A DNA stretch of 62,907 nucleotides, filler included. It is 12 parts of 12 records of this genome, joined end to end, with 100 filler letters (N's around TTAATTAATTAA, not from the genome) between each part and the next. Parts side by side here need not be neighbours in the genome. Positions count along the whole stretch, not along the records: positions 31,714 to 35,960 come from SRR7504441_19361; positions 36,061 to 39,218 come from SRR7504441_19362; positions 39,319 to 43,635 come from SRR7504441_19364; positions 43,736 to 47,958 come from SRR7504441_19370; 8 more parts are not named here. One strand, written 5' to 3'. Made by a program: the position numbers and the translations under genes. The notes beneath the pieces were generated by a model. The model was not told where the DNA came from. It saw only the letters and a program-made list of their open reading frames with translations, and searched no databases. Shown in pieces: positions 34,348-45,191 of the stretch. Position 1 is the stretch's first letter. The number at the start of each line of letters is the position of its first letter.

Positions 34348-35960
34348 TCAAACCGATTCGACGCCTTGATTCCGTTCGAATGAGTTGGCTAGGTGATTAA
34401 ACGTAGCAAGCGATGTTTCTGAGCTCAGCCTTGCTCGTGGTGGAGTCTTGCCCCGAGCGCTTCCAGGCGGGCTCCTTCTCCTCGGACTCCGGGGTGTGCT
34501 GCCTCTGGCACTTTGAGCAGCACCCGGTGGCAACCTACCCGTATAGCCTACTTGGCTAGAGCTGCACCTTGGGCTGGCAGCAGCCGGTTCAGGCTTGGCA
34601 GCAGGCTTTGGTCCCGGGGAGCTCCATTTCTCGGGGACTCGGGGCTCGGCTGGCACAGGCGAGAGCAAGAGCGTCCTGCGCCGATCCATTTGCTTCCCAA
34701 GCTCCTTTTCTAATGCCTGCCCCCAAGCTGAGCGGCCACACTCGATTGCTCACTCGCCTGCACGGCCTGCTCGGTCTCCTGCAGCTGCCGGTGTACCCTG
34801 CTGCCCTCCAGCTCCAGCCGCTGTTCCTGGGCCGCCACCTGCCTCGCGGCTGGGCATCACCCCCCTGCGGCAGCACCTGCTCCGTGAGCTGAGCGACCAT
34901 CGTGTCCCTCTCCCTCAGCCCGGCCTCCAGCTGTCCCAGCCGCTGCCCCGGGCTCAGCCCGCAAGTAGCGCAGGCCGGGCCTGCTTCTGCCGTTCGGCGT
35001 GCTGCAGCTGCAAGTGCAACGCGTCCAAGTTCCTCTGATGCACCTGCAGCCTTGCTCCAGCCAGCCACAGGCCCACGCACCGCTTCGGCGGCCTGCTGCG
35101 CCGTGCGTAGACTGGTCAGCTGCACGTCCAGCTCGCTAGCCCGTTGCTCGGCCTTGCCCCAGGCCCGCTTGACTGCGGCCAGCTCCTCGGCCAGCTGGCT
35201 CATGGCCTCGGACTCGGCCGAGCACGCCGACTCGAGCTGGCTGGCTAGCTCGATCCGCTCCACACGCTCGGCCTCCAGCTGACCGCGTGCCTGCTCGGCC
35301 ACACGCCGCTCGGCCTGCCAGAGCGCCTTCAATTGACCGAGCTCAGCGCGGCACTTGGCCTCCCCTGCAAGTGCCTGCCGCTCTGTCTCGCGCAGCTGCC
35401 CCAGCCCAGCTTCCAGCTCCGCCACTCGAGCCTCAGCATGCTCGCACCGCCGTTCCATTTCCGCCTGCTGAGCCACAGCCCCCGCCGCCTTGTGCTCCGC
35501 GGCAGCCGCCTGCTGCCTCCCCGCCTCCAAAGCCAACTGCTGCTGCGCCTCCCGCAACTGATTCTCGCGCAGTCCGCAGTAAGGGAACGCACACCCTGGC
35601 TCGGCCCGGCCTGCCCGCACTGCACAACACACCAGCTCCGCCCCAGGGGGCATCTCAAATCTCAATCCCACGCTTACCTGCCCCTCGCTCAGCGGTCGGC
35701 AATAGCAGCCTGCCGCACCGCGCTTCGCCCCCGCGTGAGCTGCAGCTCGCTGTGCGGCTCCGTGCTCTCTCTCGAGTCGCCGTTGCGGTCCAGCCACTGC
35801 CAGCGCAACTCAGCCGGCATCTTATCCGTCGGCGGCGCCCGCGGGCGAGGGCCGGTGAGCCTGCGCGCCGACAGGGCCGGGTCGGCGGCAGACTCGAGAA
35901 GCTGCTGGCTGGTCCTCTGGCGGATCTGGGCCAACACTGGGTTCTGCCGGCATGCGGCCG
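34348..35960 (-). CDS. Coiled-coil protein (5'-truncated)
   Basis: Long Ala/Glu/Gln heptad region in ORF 34589-35797, short introns, Pro/Ser-rich last exon. Confidence 0.6.
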
Positions 35961-36060
35961 NNNNNNNNNNNNNNNNNNNNNNNNNNNNNNNNNNNNNNNN
36001 NNNNTTAATTAATTAANNNNNNNNNNNNNNNNNNNNNNNNNNNNNNNNNNNNNNNNNNNN
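35961..36060. other. Artificial contig linker
   Basis: Same 100-nt pattern. Confidence 0.98.
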
Positions 36061-36196
36061 CGCAACCGCCATTGCCAACGGAAAAAGCCCAATCCCTGGT
36101 GAATTACTGGGCGGCGATTGAATTTATGTACAGAACCGATCGTACTTAGAAGTCGAATTTGAAGCCGAGCTGCGAAGCGATCACGAAGCGACGAGC

Positions 36197-37144
36197 CTAG
36201 AGCCGCGGAGTGATGAGTGTGTAGCTGACCACTGGGTCTGCCATCCCAGCCACATGCAGCGCGGTGGGCAGCCCAAGCCATTCGCCGTAGCTCCCGGACT
36301 CAAACACCTCCAGCCCGTAGCCGTCGCCCCCAGGGACACTCCGGGTGATCTGCGCCAGTTGTTCGGTTGAGTAAGCACGGAGTACGCTGACAGTTGCATC
36401 ATGCCACGCAATAAACGGCATCAGTGGCAGGAAAAGCATGTGCCAAACCCGCTCGGCTAGCGTCAGCGACATCAGGTGGCTGTACACCTCCTGCACCGGA
36501 GGTATGTACTTGAGCGCCAGCATGAAGTTGTACAGCAGCCCTCCTCTAGTTGGAGCAAGGTCCGCAATCATCAGCCCGGCTCCGTCACTCACGACGTCAG
36601 CCAGCAGCGATTTGACCAGCGGCTGCGGGAAGTGGTGCAAGGCCAGGTGGATCATCCGGAGCCCCCCGGCGCAGCCTCCGTGCGAGGCACTCAGGTTGGT
36701 GGCGTCCACAGGCTCCGGGGCGTACTCCACGAACTGTCCGTGGGCAGTCTGGAGCGCTTGCCAGGCTCGCTGGTTGGGCTGGAGGTCGGTGAGCAGCAGC
36801 CGGAGCGTCGGGCGGGTCCGGTTCCGGAGCGCCGCCACCCACATGACTGGAGCCAGCCCGCCGCCCGCGGCCAGCTCGGTGACCACTTGGCACGGCTGGT
36901 GGTCCAGATATTCTTCGAGGGCCCGGGTGACCTGCTGGCCGGTCTGGACGGCGCCCTTGCCGAAGCCGTCGCGCCACATGCTCGCCAGCACGTCCTGGGC
37001 CTGGTTGGCAAAGCTGGCGGGGAGCAGGCCATCAGTGAGAACCTCGAGCCACGTGACCGTCCGCCGCTCGGGGTAGACTGCGAGCCCCAGCCCGCACAGG
37101 ACCGCCAGGGCCCCAGCGCACAGCACCAGCGGCGGAGAGCGCAT
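36197..37144 (-). CDS. Class I SAM-dependent methyltransferase-like protein with N-terminal signal/anchor
   Basis: VTELAAGGG, LLLTDLQPN, PVDATNL, LALHHF, WHDATVSVLRAYS. Intronless. Confidence 0.7.
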   Translation of the reverse strand: MRSPPLVLCAGALAVLCGLGLAVYPERRTVTWLEVLTDGLLPASFANQAQDVLASMWRDGFGKGAVQTGQQVTRALEEYLDHQPCQVVTELAAGGGLAPVMWVAALRNRTRPTLRLLLTDLQPNQRAWQALQTAHGQFVEYAPEPVDATNLSASHGGCAGGLRMIHLALHHFPQPLVKSLLADVVSDGAGLMIADLAPTRGGLLYNFMLALKYIPPVQEVYSHLMSLTLAERVWHMLFLPLMPFIAWHDATVSVLRAYSTEQLAQITRSVPGGDGYGLEVFESGSYGEWLGLPTALHVAGMADPVVSYTLITPRL

Positions 37145-37289
37145 GTGTCACCGTCGCGAGCCACCCGTGGCCCAGCGCTGCGAGGCCGGCCGAAAGCTGC
37201 GACACCCCGGCTTGTGCGGAAAGACGCGAGAGCTCGGCAAAAAAACGGCAGCAAACGGCCGACGAGCTGCATCGACTACCGGTAGCACA

Positions 37290-38681
37290 ATGACGCCGCT
37301 GGAGAGGAGGCGGAGGCGGCTTGAGGAGCAGGAGGAGCAGGGGGGGCAGGGGGGGCTGGACGAGCTTGTGCGGGCCGGGCTGGCGGCGCACACGGCGGGC
37401 GAGGCGGCGGCGGCCCGAGGGCATCTGGAGCGGGCTCTGGCCCACCCGGCGGCTCCGGACCACCCGGGGCTGCACCAGGTGTATTACTTTCTCGGGGTGG
37501 TCTGCAACAGCATGGGCCAGCTCGAGCCAGCCCGAGACGCCTACCTGCACGCGGTACAGCTAGACTGGAACCAGGCCAACGCGCACTGCAACCTGGGCCG
37601 GACGTACGAGCTGCTCGGGGAGGTGCACACCGCGGTGCACCACCTCAAGGCGGCCACCGCGGCCGACCCGACCAACGCCCCGGCCTGGTGCAACCTGAGC
37701 TCGGCGCTTAAGTCGAGCGGGGACTATCCGGGCGCCATCCAGGCGGCCAGCCGGTCGGCCGAACTGAACGTAGAGCTCGGTGAGGCTTATATCAACCTTG
37801 CGGACGCCCTCTCGGCCAATGGGATGCATGGGCAGGCGCTGGGGCACGCCGAGCGGGCGGTCGAGCTCCGGCCGGGCATGTCCGGTTCTCACAAGGTGCT
37901 GGGCACTTGTCTCAAGGCGATGGGCCGGCTGAGCGAGGCAACGGATGCGTTCGAGCGCTCGCTAGAGCTGGACCCTGCACAGCCGGATGTGCGGCACCTG
38001 CTGACTGGGCTGCGCGGGGGGCGGCCGGAGCGGGCGCCTGACGAGTACACAGAGTCTTTGTTCGACGGGTATGCGATTAGGTACGATGCAGAGATGGTCG
38101 GACAGCTAGAGTACAAGGTGCCCAGCCAACTCGCAGGGCTGGTGCGCCAGCTGGGCCGCCGGCCGCCGGGCCGGGTGCTCGACCTCGGGTGCGGGACTGG
38201 GTTGTCGGGTGAGCAGTGGCGTGGGGCCGAGACACTCATTGGAGTCGATTTGAGCCGCAAGATGCTCGACCACGCCGAGCTCAAGGGTGTGTACCACGAG
38301 CTGCGCCAGGGTGAGATCGTGGCCGTGCTCGGCCAGCTCAGGGCCGAGCGGCGCTGGTTCGATCTGGTGGTGGCGTGCGACGTCTTGTGCTATTTTGGGG
38401 AGCTAGCCGGCGTGTTTGGCAGCGCGGCTGGCGTGATGGGCCCTGGAGGGTTGCTTGGGTTCTCTGTGGAGAGCGCGCTGGGCGAGGAGCAGTTCGCGCT
38501 GCAGCCGAGCGGCAGGTACGCGCACGCCGACGAGTTTGTGCTCGCACAGGCCGAACGGAGCGGGTTTGAGCTGGTTGGCTCGGAGGCCGCTGTGCTGCGG
38601 GCCGAGGGGAAAGGCAAGATCCTGGGCAAATTGTTCGTGTTCCAGAAAGACGACAACCAACCCGTACTCTCTAAAGGATAA
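37290..38681 (+). CDS. TPR-repeat + SAM methyltransferase (COG4976-like)
   Basis: About six TPRs; RAPDEYTESLFDGYA, VLDLGCGTGLSG, GVDLSRKML, DVLCYFGEL, LQPSGRYAH. Intronless. Confidence 0.9.
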   Translation: MTPLERRRRRLEEQEEQGGQGGLDELVRAGLAAHTAGEAAAARGHLERALAHPAAPDHPGLHQVYYFLGVVCNSMGQLEPARDAYLHAVQLDWNQANAHCNLGRTYELLGEVHTAVHHLKAATAADPTNAPAWCNLSSALKSSGDYPGAIQAASRSAELNVELGEAYINLADALSANGMHGQALGHAERAVELRPGMSGSHKVLGTCLKAMGRLSEATDAFERSLELDPAQPDVRHLLTGLRGGRPERAPDEYTESLFDGYAIRYDAEMVGQLEYKVPSQLAGLVRQLGRRPPGRVLDLGCGTGLSGEQWRGAETLIGVDLSRKMLDHAELKGVYHELRQGEIVAVLGQLRAERRWFDLVVACDVLCYFGELAGVFGSAAGVMGPGGLLGFSVESALGEEQFALQPSGRYAHADEFVLAQAERSGFELVGSEAAVLRAEGKGKILGKLFVFQKDDNQPVLSKG

Positions 38682-39218
38682 GTTAGAACGTAATACGTTA
38701 GTGCATAAATAACGCCCAACACATTTATTTGAGAACCCCGAATTAGACGAGACACCGGTCAGGTCGAAATGTGGTCGGGCCCGACGGGCCGTCGGGGCAT
38801 TGGGGAATCACAGATTCCAGAAGCCTTCCGACGAGTTCCGGTTGACTTATTAGACTGCATGCGGTGGCGAAATCGGTACGAAATCGGGGAGTTGATCGGG
38901 CAGATTGTGGCATGTTCTGATCAACATATTTTGAGTTCTGCAGAGGTCAAGAACGCTGGAAAGCATGGCGTTCGGTCTACCTAGGCAAAGGCGCGCCGTG
39001 GGGTCTGGCCCGGCTCATCTGGCACGGCCCACATAACCCCCCTTGCCTCAGCGTGGACCTGATCTAGGCGGCGGCGGCTCCTGGCGTGAGCTGAGAGGAA
39101 TACGCCGAGATGGCTCAGGCAGTCTTCGAGCTGGTGGTACCCGAGCCCAGCGAGCCGCACGAGAGTGCCACCCTGGTGCACCGGCTGCGCGAGTGGTGCC
39201 AGCGGCAGCCCAACAAGA

Positions 39219-39318
39219 NNNNNNNNNNNNNNNNNNNNNNNNNNNNNNNNNNNNNNNNNNNNTTAATTAATTAANNNNNNNNNNNNNNNNNNNNNNNNNN
39301 NNNNNNNNNNNNNNNNNN
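39219..39318. other. Artificial contig linker
   Basis: Same 100-nt pattern. Confidence 0.98.
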
Positions 39319-39567
39319 CTCACTCGACTTTAATAAATGTAATCACACATCAATGACATGCTGCCTATGCGCGCAGTGGACTCACCACCACCTCAAATCC
39401 CAATGGTACGCATAGCTATACCTCGCCTACTGGTGAGGTGCATGACGTCCCCATACCCAAGCCGATGCCCACCGATCCTCGGACGGGCAGCGGATTGGGG
39501 GGGTCACAAACTACGGTCAATGGATGGAACAGCACCTTGAAATCAGCTGCCTCGCCGTGGCGGCAGC

Positions 39568-41618
39568 TCACAGCTCACCGGAACGAAAGCGTAGATAATA
39601 ATCATCTGCTGATTTGGGGATGCCGACTTCATGAATTGGAGGTGTTGCGAGGTCTGGTACCTTGTTCGATTTGCAAACAGGCTGGGCACGCAAGCTTTCC
39701 ACAGACCGGGTTTCGAGGAATGTTGTGATTTTGTCCATGCACTTCTGCAGAGCAGGCAAGTCGTACAGTCCGTTGTATATCCTGGTCCCATGTCCAAACC
39801 CTTGCCATGTGAGAAGCGTGCCCTTTGGGAAAGCTGAGTGCTGTTCAGCAGACCATTTATAGAACGTCTGAGAGTCATACAGGTTGGTTACAATCAGCAC
39901 AGGCACATCTGGGTTGCCCATTGGTGCAGCTGGTGCTGGCATTGGGGTTTTGTCAAGGCCTGTCACACGATGGCTCACCTAACCACATGATGCCTACATG
40001 TCATGCATTTTTTTTAGAGACCTCGGCCGAGCAAAAGAAGACCCCATGCAATGCCAATAACGCGCCCGACTGTGCCAAACTGCTGCTGGAGCTCCTCAGC
40101 AAAGCGCACCAGCTGATCCTCATTATATGTGCCTGAGACAAAACGCTCCGTCACAGGCTTTCACTCCAAATGCATATGCGCACACCTTGGGTGTCAAGCC
40201 CCAGTACAGCACTGAGTGGGCCACCAAAGTGAGGTATGCATTCAACCTCGTCAGGGCCCTTATCACGTGACTGCTGTGCCGACAGATGTGCAAATATAGC
40301 GAAATCCTTCAGTGTCATCAATGTGTTCTTTGTCTGGAACAGGACACAACAGGCTCAGAAAATGATGGAAGGTTTTCATGACAGACGTACATCTATAGAA
40401 CAGACAGGTGTGAAAGCAGACTAATGTACACACCCTATCTTGATGTCCGAATCCACCCTGCAGCACATCAAAGAGGATATATGGTGAAATCTGCTTCCCT
40501 GCATCCACACCATCTATCCGCTCTGACAGAGTGTTCCAAACCTTGCCAGCATCCAGTGCAGTGGTCAGATCGTTGACGACCTGGTTGATGTCCTTTCCAA
40601 GCATCATTTTGCTACATTCTGCTTGGCCCATACAGAGATTCAATACGTAGTTTGTGGTCTCCACAGTGCCAGCAGCAGCCCCGAACATGACATCCTTGGC
40701 ATCCTGAGTGGGGTTGAAACCACCTGTCATCACAATCCGGTCTGCTCGTTCGGGGAAGAGGGAGGCATACATGGCAGCCACTTGCGTGCCGTATGAATTA
40801 CCAAAGATCGAGAGCTTGTCCCTGCCGATGGATTCCCGGAAGAGGTCGAGATCATGCGCCAAGTTGGCAGTCCCAGCATAGTCTCGGTAATTCTTCCCGC
40901 TAGGCATCTCATAAATCGGGTTGGTGTAGGCTTCAGCGTTGTGCTCGAGGTTCCGTCTGATTGCCTCACGCAGTGCACCCGTGGAGTTGTTGTTTGGCCG
41001 ACACAGCCTCCCATCTTCCCAAAAGACACCAAATGGATTCACATCATGATGCGCATTAGGTGGGACAGATTGCCCAATACCCCTCTGATCCACAGCGATG
41101 ACGTCATATTCTTGCCACAGCATGGGGATTTGCAGCGCATATGATGAAGCAAGCGTAATGGCGTCTATTCGGGTGTCGCCAGGTCCGCCGTTGTGGAACA
41201 GCATCGCTCCCCTGGCCGGCTGTCTCTCTGCCATGTGCATCCGGAAGCGAACCCGGACTGTCTCTCCCTCAGGCTCTGAGTAGTCCAAAGGGGTCGTCAG
41301 CCAACCATCACGGACGATGGCCATAGCCATAGTGTTGCTAGAGTTGAACTTGATGTCGTCCGGGCCCGTGATGAGCTTGGGGCCGCTGTACACGTTTTGT
41401 TGTGTTGCGTTCTCAGGGTCCCATTGAAGGGCAGGGCCCGGATTCAAGATGGTGTACTGCGAGCTTCTAGTCGCGTCCAACTCGGTGGCCCCACCCGAGA
41501 AGACAGCGGTGGCCCCACCCGAGAATGTCGATGTCGATGCTGATCCACCCGAGAAGACAGCGATGAGCCCACCGGAAACCAGTACCGACGCAGCAACTGC
41601 GACGATCGTCTTGAGCAT
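39568..41618 (-). CDS. Secreted/anchored alpha/beta-hydrolase, tripeptidyl aminopeptidase (TAP, S33)-like; 3' end uncertain
   Basis: TPLDYSEP, HNGGPG, DQRGIGQS, DLDLFRESIG, GNSYGT, LIVTNLYDSQT, LLTWQGFGHG; introns of roughly 50-100 nt. Confidence 0.85.
41483..41562. repeat. Coding minisatellite, three FSGG units
   Basis: CCACCCGAGAA three times, encoding AVFSGGSA, TFSGGAT, AVFSGGAT. Confidence 0.7.
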
Positions 41619-41768
41619 GGCGGCGTTTACTGTACGGTGTACCGGTAGACGTGTTCGAGCGGTGCGAACGCCGCCTGCCCTGCTGGAATGCCCTACGGTA
41701 ACCGAAGAAGGGGCACGTCCGTTAAAGTCCGTTATCAACCGAAGTGCGTCTACCGGTACCCAAAGGCA
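41619..41768. promoter_or_regulatory. Divergent intergenic region with tandem GTCCGTTA x2
   Basis: CCGTTA at 41719-41724 and 41729-41734, 10 nt apart. Confidence 0.6.
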
Positions 41769-43635
41769 ATGAGGAGGGTGCGCATCTTTCAATACACAGC
41801 CGATGAGATGGAGACGCTGCGAGAGCGGCAGAGCCCCACTGTCAACTCCATCAACCTGCAGGCCGTCACCAGCATGCCGTTGAATCGGAACGATAGGCGC
41901 ACGTTCGACTGCTCGCCGGACATGACCCTGGTCGAATTCGCCGGCAAGGTCACCGAGCTCACTGGAGTGGACCCAGCGCGTGTGCTCGTGCACAACGCGG
42001 CGAGCGACTTCTACCGGGGATCCGGCCACTTCAGCATGTACGGAGCTTCATTGCCTGTGGACTTCTCCAGCGTGCCACAGGACGAACTGCTGCTCATCCC
42101 TTCGACCGTTGGCGAAAACCTCACCCACCTCGTAGCCCAGGCGATCACCAATGCAGAGCCGCCCGCGGCGCACGCCGCGCGGTACCATGGCGAGTGTCAG
42201 GCGCTGATTAGTAAGGCCCGGCGGGAACACCAGCTATTGGTGGAGAGGGCATCGCAGATGAAAGCGATCCTGGATGAGCCGTCCGAGTTCAGCGAACTGA
42301 TCGCGGCCAACCCGGAACTGAAATTAAGAGGCGAGGGTGACTATGATAGATGGATATCCGTCGTGGAGCGGGTCGCTGGAGGCGATATTGTATTTGAGTG
42401 CCGGCTCGGCGAGTGGTGCGAAAAGCAGAGAAAGGCTGAGCAATGGAGAGCGGCCGTGGAGAGAGGCGAGATTCAGGAGCCAGGAGAGTTCGACCCGTCG
42501 GTCGTCGAGCTCCCGCCATCCCCTGAATCGGGTGCAACCTGGGCGAAGCGATTGGTGGCGGCTGCAGTGACTATGAAGAGCCTCGGAGTGCACAGGGCAG
42601 TGATGAGCTGGATTGCGCAGCAGATGGCTCTGCTCACGCTGCCCATCGCGAGCTGCCTGCCCAAGTCTCTAGATCCGCCCAAGAGCGGAGCCTTCCCCGT
42701 TCACCAGATCGGCCCAGATCAGACTGGATTCCTGAACGGGCTAGCCGCTGCAATGGTTGTTTATGACACGCCAGACGGGCTGCCAGCTGGTTGCAAACCG
42801 ATGGAAGTGACTGTCAGCTCTACTATCTCGGGGCCGGAGGCCAGGCAGCACACGCTCACCGTGAATGCCAGGGTGCAGATTGGCCAGCTGGTGCAGCTGG
42901 TGCTGGCTGCTGAGGGCCAGCGTCTGCCTCTGGATAGATATGGTCCGCGCTGCACCATGAGTGTGGATGGAGTTGCCAATGAAATCGATCCATTTCAGGC
43001 TGGGACCGATGCGCCAACTCTTGGATCTCTCGGGCTGACCCAAGGCTCTCTCGTACACCTCAAGATTGATCACGATGCTCCCCCACGGCCGAGACCTGTG
43101 ATGGGCCGGTATCCCGTATGCTAAGCTCATAACTCACAAAAACGACGGCAGGCCGTACACTGACGCACGGAGCGGCGCGTCAGTCACTGCAACAGCCAGC
43201 GCTGGAGCTAAGGTGCCTACAGCTGGCCTGGGCCAGGCCCAGCCGCTGGCTGCAGGGCTGGGGATTGCACACAGCTCAGCTAGGAGCCGAGCTGGAGGAA
43301 TACCGAACGGCTGTGGCTGCCGGTTGGGCCAACGACGCACTTGCCGAGCATGCCTCGGTAGCTGGCGCCCTGGGTGGCTGGATATATGCTCGGGTGCAGG
43401 TGGCATCGTTTGCGCGCCATCTTCTAGAGCTCCTGGCGCTGGGGGCCCCGGCCGAACTGCTGGCAGGAGCAACCAGAGCTGCCGCTGATGAGGTGAGGCA
43501 CGCCCAGATCTGCTTCGCGCTGGCCTCAAGCTACGGCGCCGGTTCTGTCGGCCCCGGAGAGTTTCCAGTGGATTCGAGCGCGCTGGGCAAGCCGTCGTTG
43601 CAGCTGGTGGCTGTGGCTGTGGCCAAGGAGGGCTG
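41769..43635 (+). CDS. Putative ubiquitin-like x2 + ferritin-like domain fusion protein (3'-truncated)
   Basis: ORF 41688-43124 joins through GT-AG intron 43109-43151 to GRPY...WANDALAEHASVASFARHLLELLALGAP...DEVRHAQICF...KEG. Confidence 0.65.
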
Positions 43636-43735
43636 NNNNNNNNNNNNNNNNNNNNNNNNNNNNNNNNNNNNNNNNNNNNTTAATTAATTAANNNNNNNNN
43701 NNNNNNNNNNNNNNNNNNNNNNNNNNNNNNNNNNN
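43636..43735. other. Artificial contig linker
   Basis: Same 100-nt pattern. Confidence 0.98.
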
Positions 43736-43904
43736 ACACCGGGAATGTGTTGTATAGTTACTCGGGTGGAGAGCCGAGTTACCAGTGCTGGTAGTAGGTA
43801 GCTAGTGGATTCGGTTCAATTAGAGGTCAGGCTAGTATCGCTTCCGTATTGCTTCGTACACGCGAGTTGCAACTTTATTATAAACACATCTTTTGTTCGC
43901 ACGA

Positions 43905-45101
43905 CTAGCTGGCTTGTTGGCCTGCGAGCTTCTCATACCAGCTCTCCCAGTACTGGTCCACGTAAGGCCTCTCGAAACAGCCAGTCCCAGGCGGGTGCAT
44001 CCAATAGTTGAAGGCCATATGCCCCCCGCCGCCCGGCCCGCTGCACGAGGTGACCTCATGGAACCAGGAGGCCGGTAGGTAGAGCATTTGGCCTGGCTCG
44101 AGCTCACACTCGACACACTTTGCCCGACTAAACAAAGGGAATTTGCTTGCTAACTTTTGTTTGCTCATCCGACTCGGCTGAGCCCGGCAGAAGTTGTCCG
44201 GTCGCCCGCCCTCCGGTTGGGATAGCATTTGCTCGAGCATCCGCTCAATCTGCTCCTCCTCGTCCTCCTCCTCGGCTTCCCGAACACTGCTACTGCAACC
44301 ATTAACAACGGGCTGCCCGTTTTCCGTTGGCACGCCGTCGCTTCGGGTGTCCGGGTGGTAGCTGATCAGTCCGTTGGAGTGCACCTCGTGCACCGGGCCC
44401 TCGGGGTACAGATTGGCCGCCTCGGCCGGCGGGTACAGCCGAAACTTCTTCCTGCCTCGGATCAACACATAAAGGTTGTCGTGGAAGTCGTGATGCAGTC
44501 CGGACGAGGCCCCCTCCTGCGAGCAGCCAAGCCACAGGTTGTACTGGCTCGGCACCAGCCTGCCCAGCAGCTCCGGCCTGCCCGGGAAATCCTTTTTGAG
44601 CTCGCTGACGGGCGCCGCGTGCAGAGCGGTCGGGCAGCCGTCCGGGCCCTCGGGTATGGGCTGCGTGGTCAGGTACAGATCAGACTGACCGGCCTCCACC
44701 GCCGTCAGCAGCTGGCTGAACCGGACCGGCACCCGCGGACGCCCCGACCCGAACGGCCGTCGCTCCACTTGGACGGTGGTGTGTCCGGCCTTGCGGCGGA
44801 GGTACTCACCCGACCATTTGTGCCACCCCCCGCCGGGCAGGTGACCCTCGAGGATGGCCGGCTGGCGGGCCGCAACGCACTCCCGCCAGAACCGCTCCGG
44901 CGGCGTGTCGGCCGGCATGCGGGCCACGGTGCCCGGGCAGCCGATCGGGCCGAACCGGACCAGCGGCCGGTCCAGACTTGCCGCCTGCCGCCGCTCCCGC
45001 CCGGCGGTCCGGTGGTGAAATCGGGCCAGTGCGGCCAGCCGGCGCTGCTTGCGGCTGCCGAGCACCAGCTCGGTCGCCCCGCGCTTCCGGCCCGCCGGCA
45101 T
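43905..45101 (-). CDS. JmjC (cupin-8 type) 2-oxoglutarate/Fe oxygenase
   Basis: LYLTTQ, NLWLG, SGLHHDFHDNLY (HxD), GRKKFRL, PGQMLYLPASWFHEV; basic NLS-like N-terminus. Intronless. Confidence 0.92.
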   Translation of the reverse strand: MPAGRKRGATELVLGSRKQRRLAALARFHHRTAGRERRQAASLDRPLVRFGPIGCPGTVARMPADTPPERFWRECVAARQPAILEGHLPGGGWHKWSGEYLRRKAGHTTVQVERRPFGSGRPRVPVRFSQLLTAVEAGQSDLYLTTQPIPEGPDGCPTALHAAPVSELKKDFPGRPELLGRLVPSQYNLWLGCSQEGASSGLHHDFHDNLYVLIRGRKKFRLYPPAEAANLYPEGPVHEVHSNGLISYHPDTRSDGVPTENGQPVVNGCSSSVREAEEEDEEEQIERMLEQMLSQPEGGRPDNFCRAQPSRMSKQKLASKFPLFSRAKCVECELEPGQMLYLPASWFHEVTSCSGPGGGGHMAFNYWMHPPGTGCFERPYVDQYWESWYEKLAGQQAS

Positions 45102-45191
45102 CGCAACCTGTGTGTCCTCCCGGCGCCGGCCGCCCAACTACGAAGCGCAGCTGCAGCTGAACCCGCGCGGCCGCGGGCGGCTGCTGCAGCG

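Noticed and set aside
38700-39218. Possible ncRNA/tRNA or gene start, with CGAAATCGG twice near 38867-38888
   Set aside because: No cloverleaf or A/B boxes seen and no consistent reading frame before the contig break.
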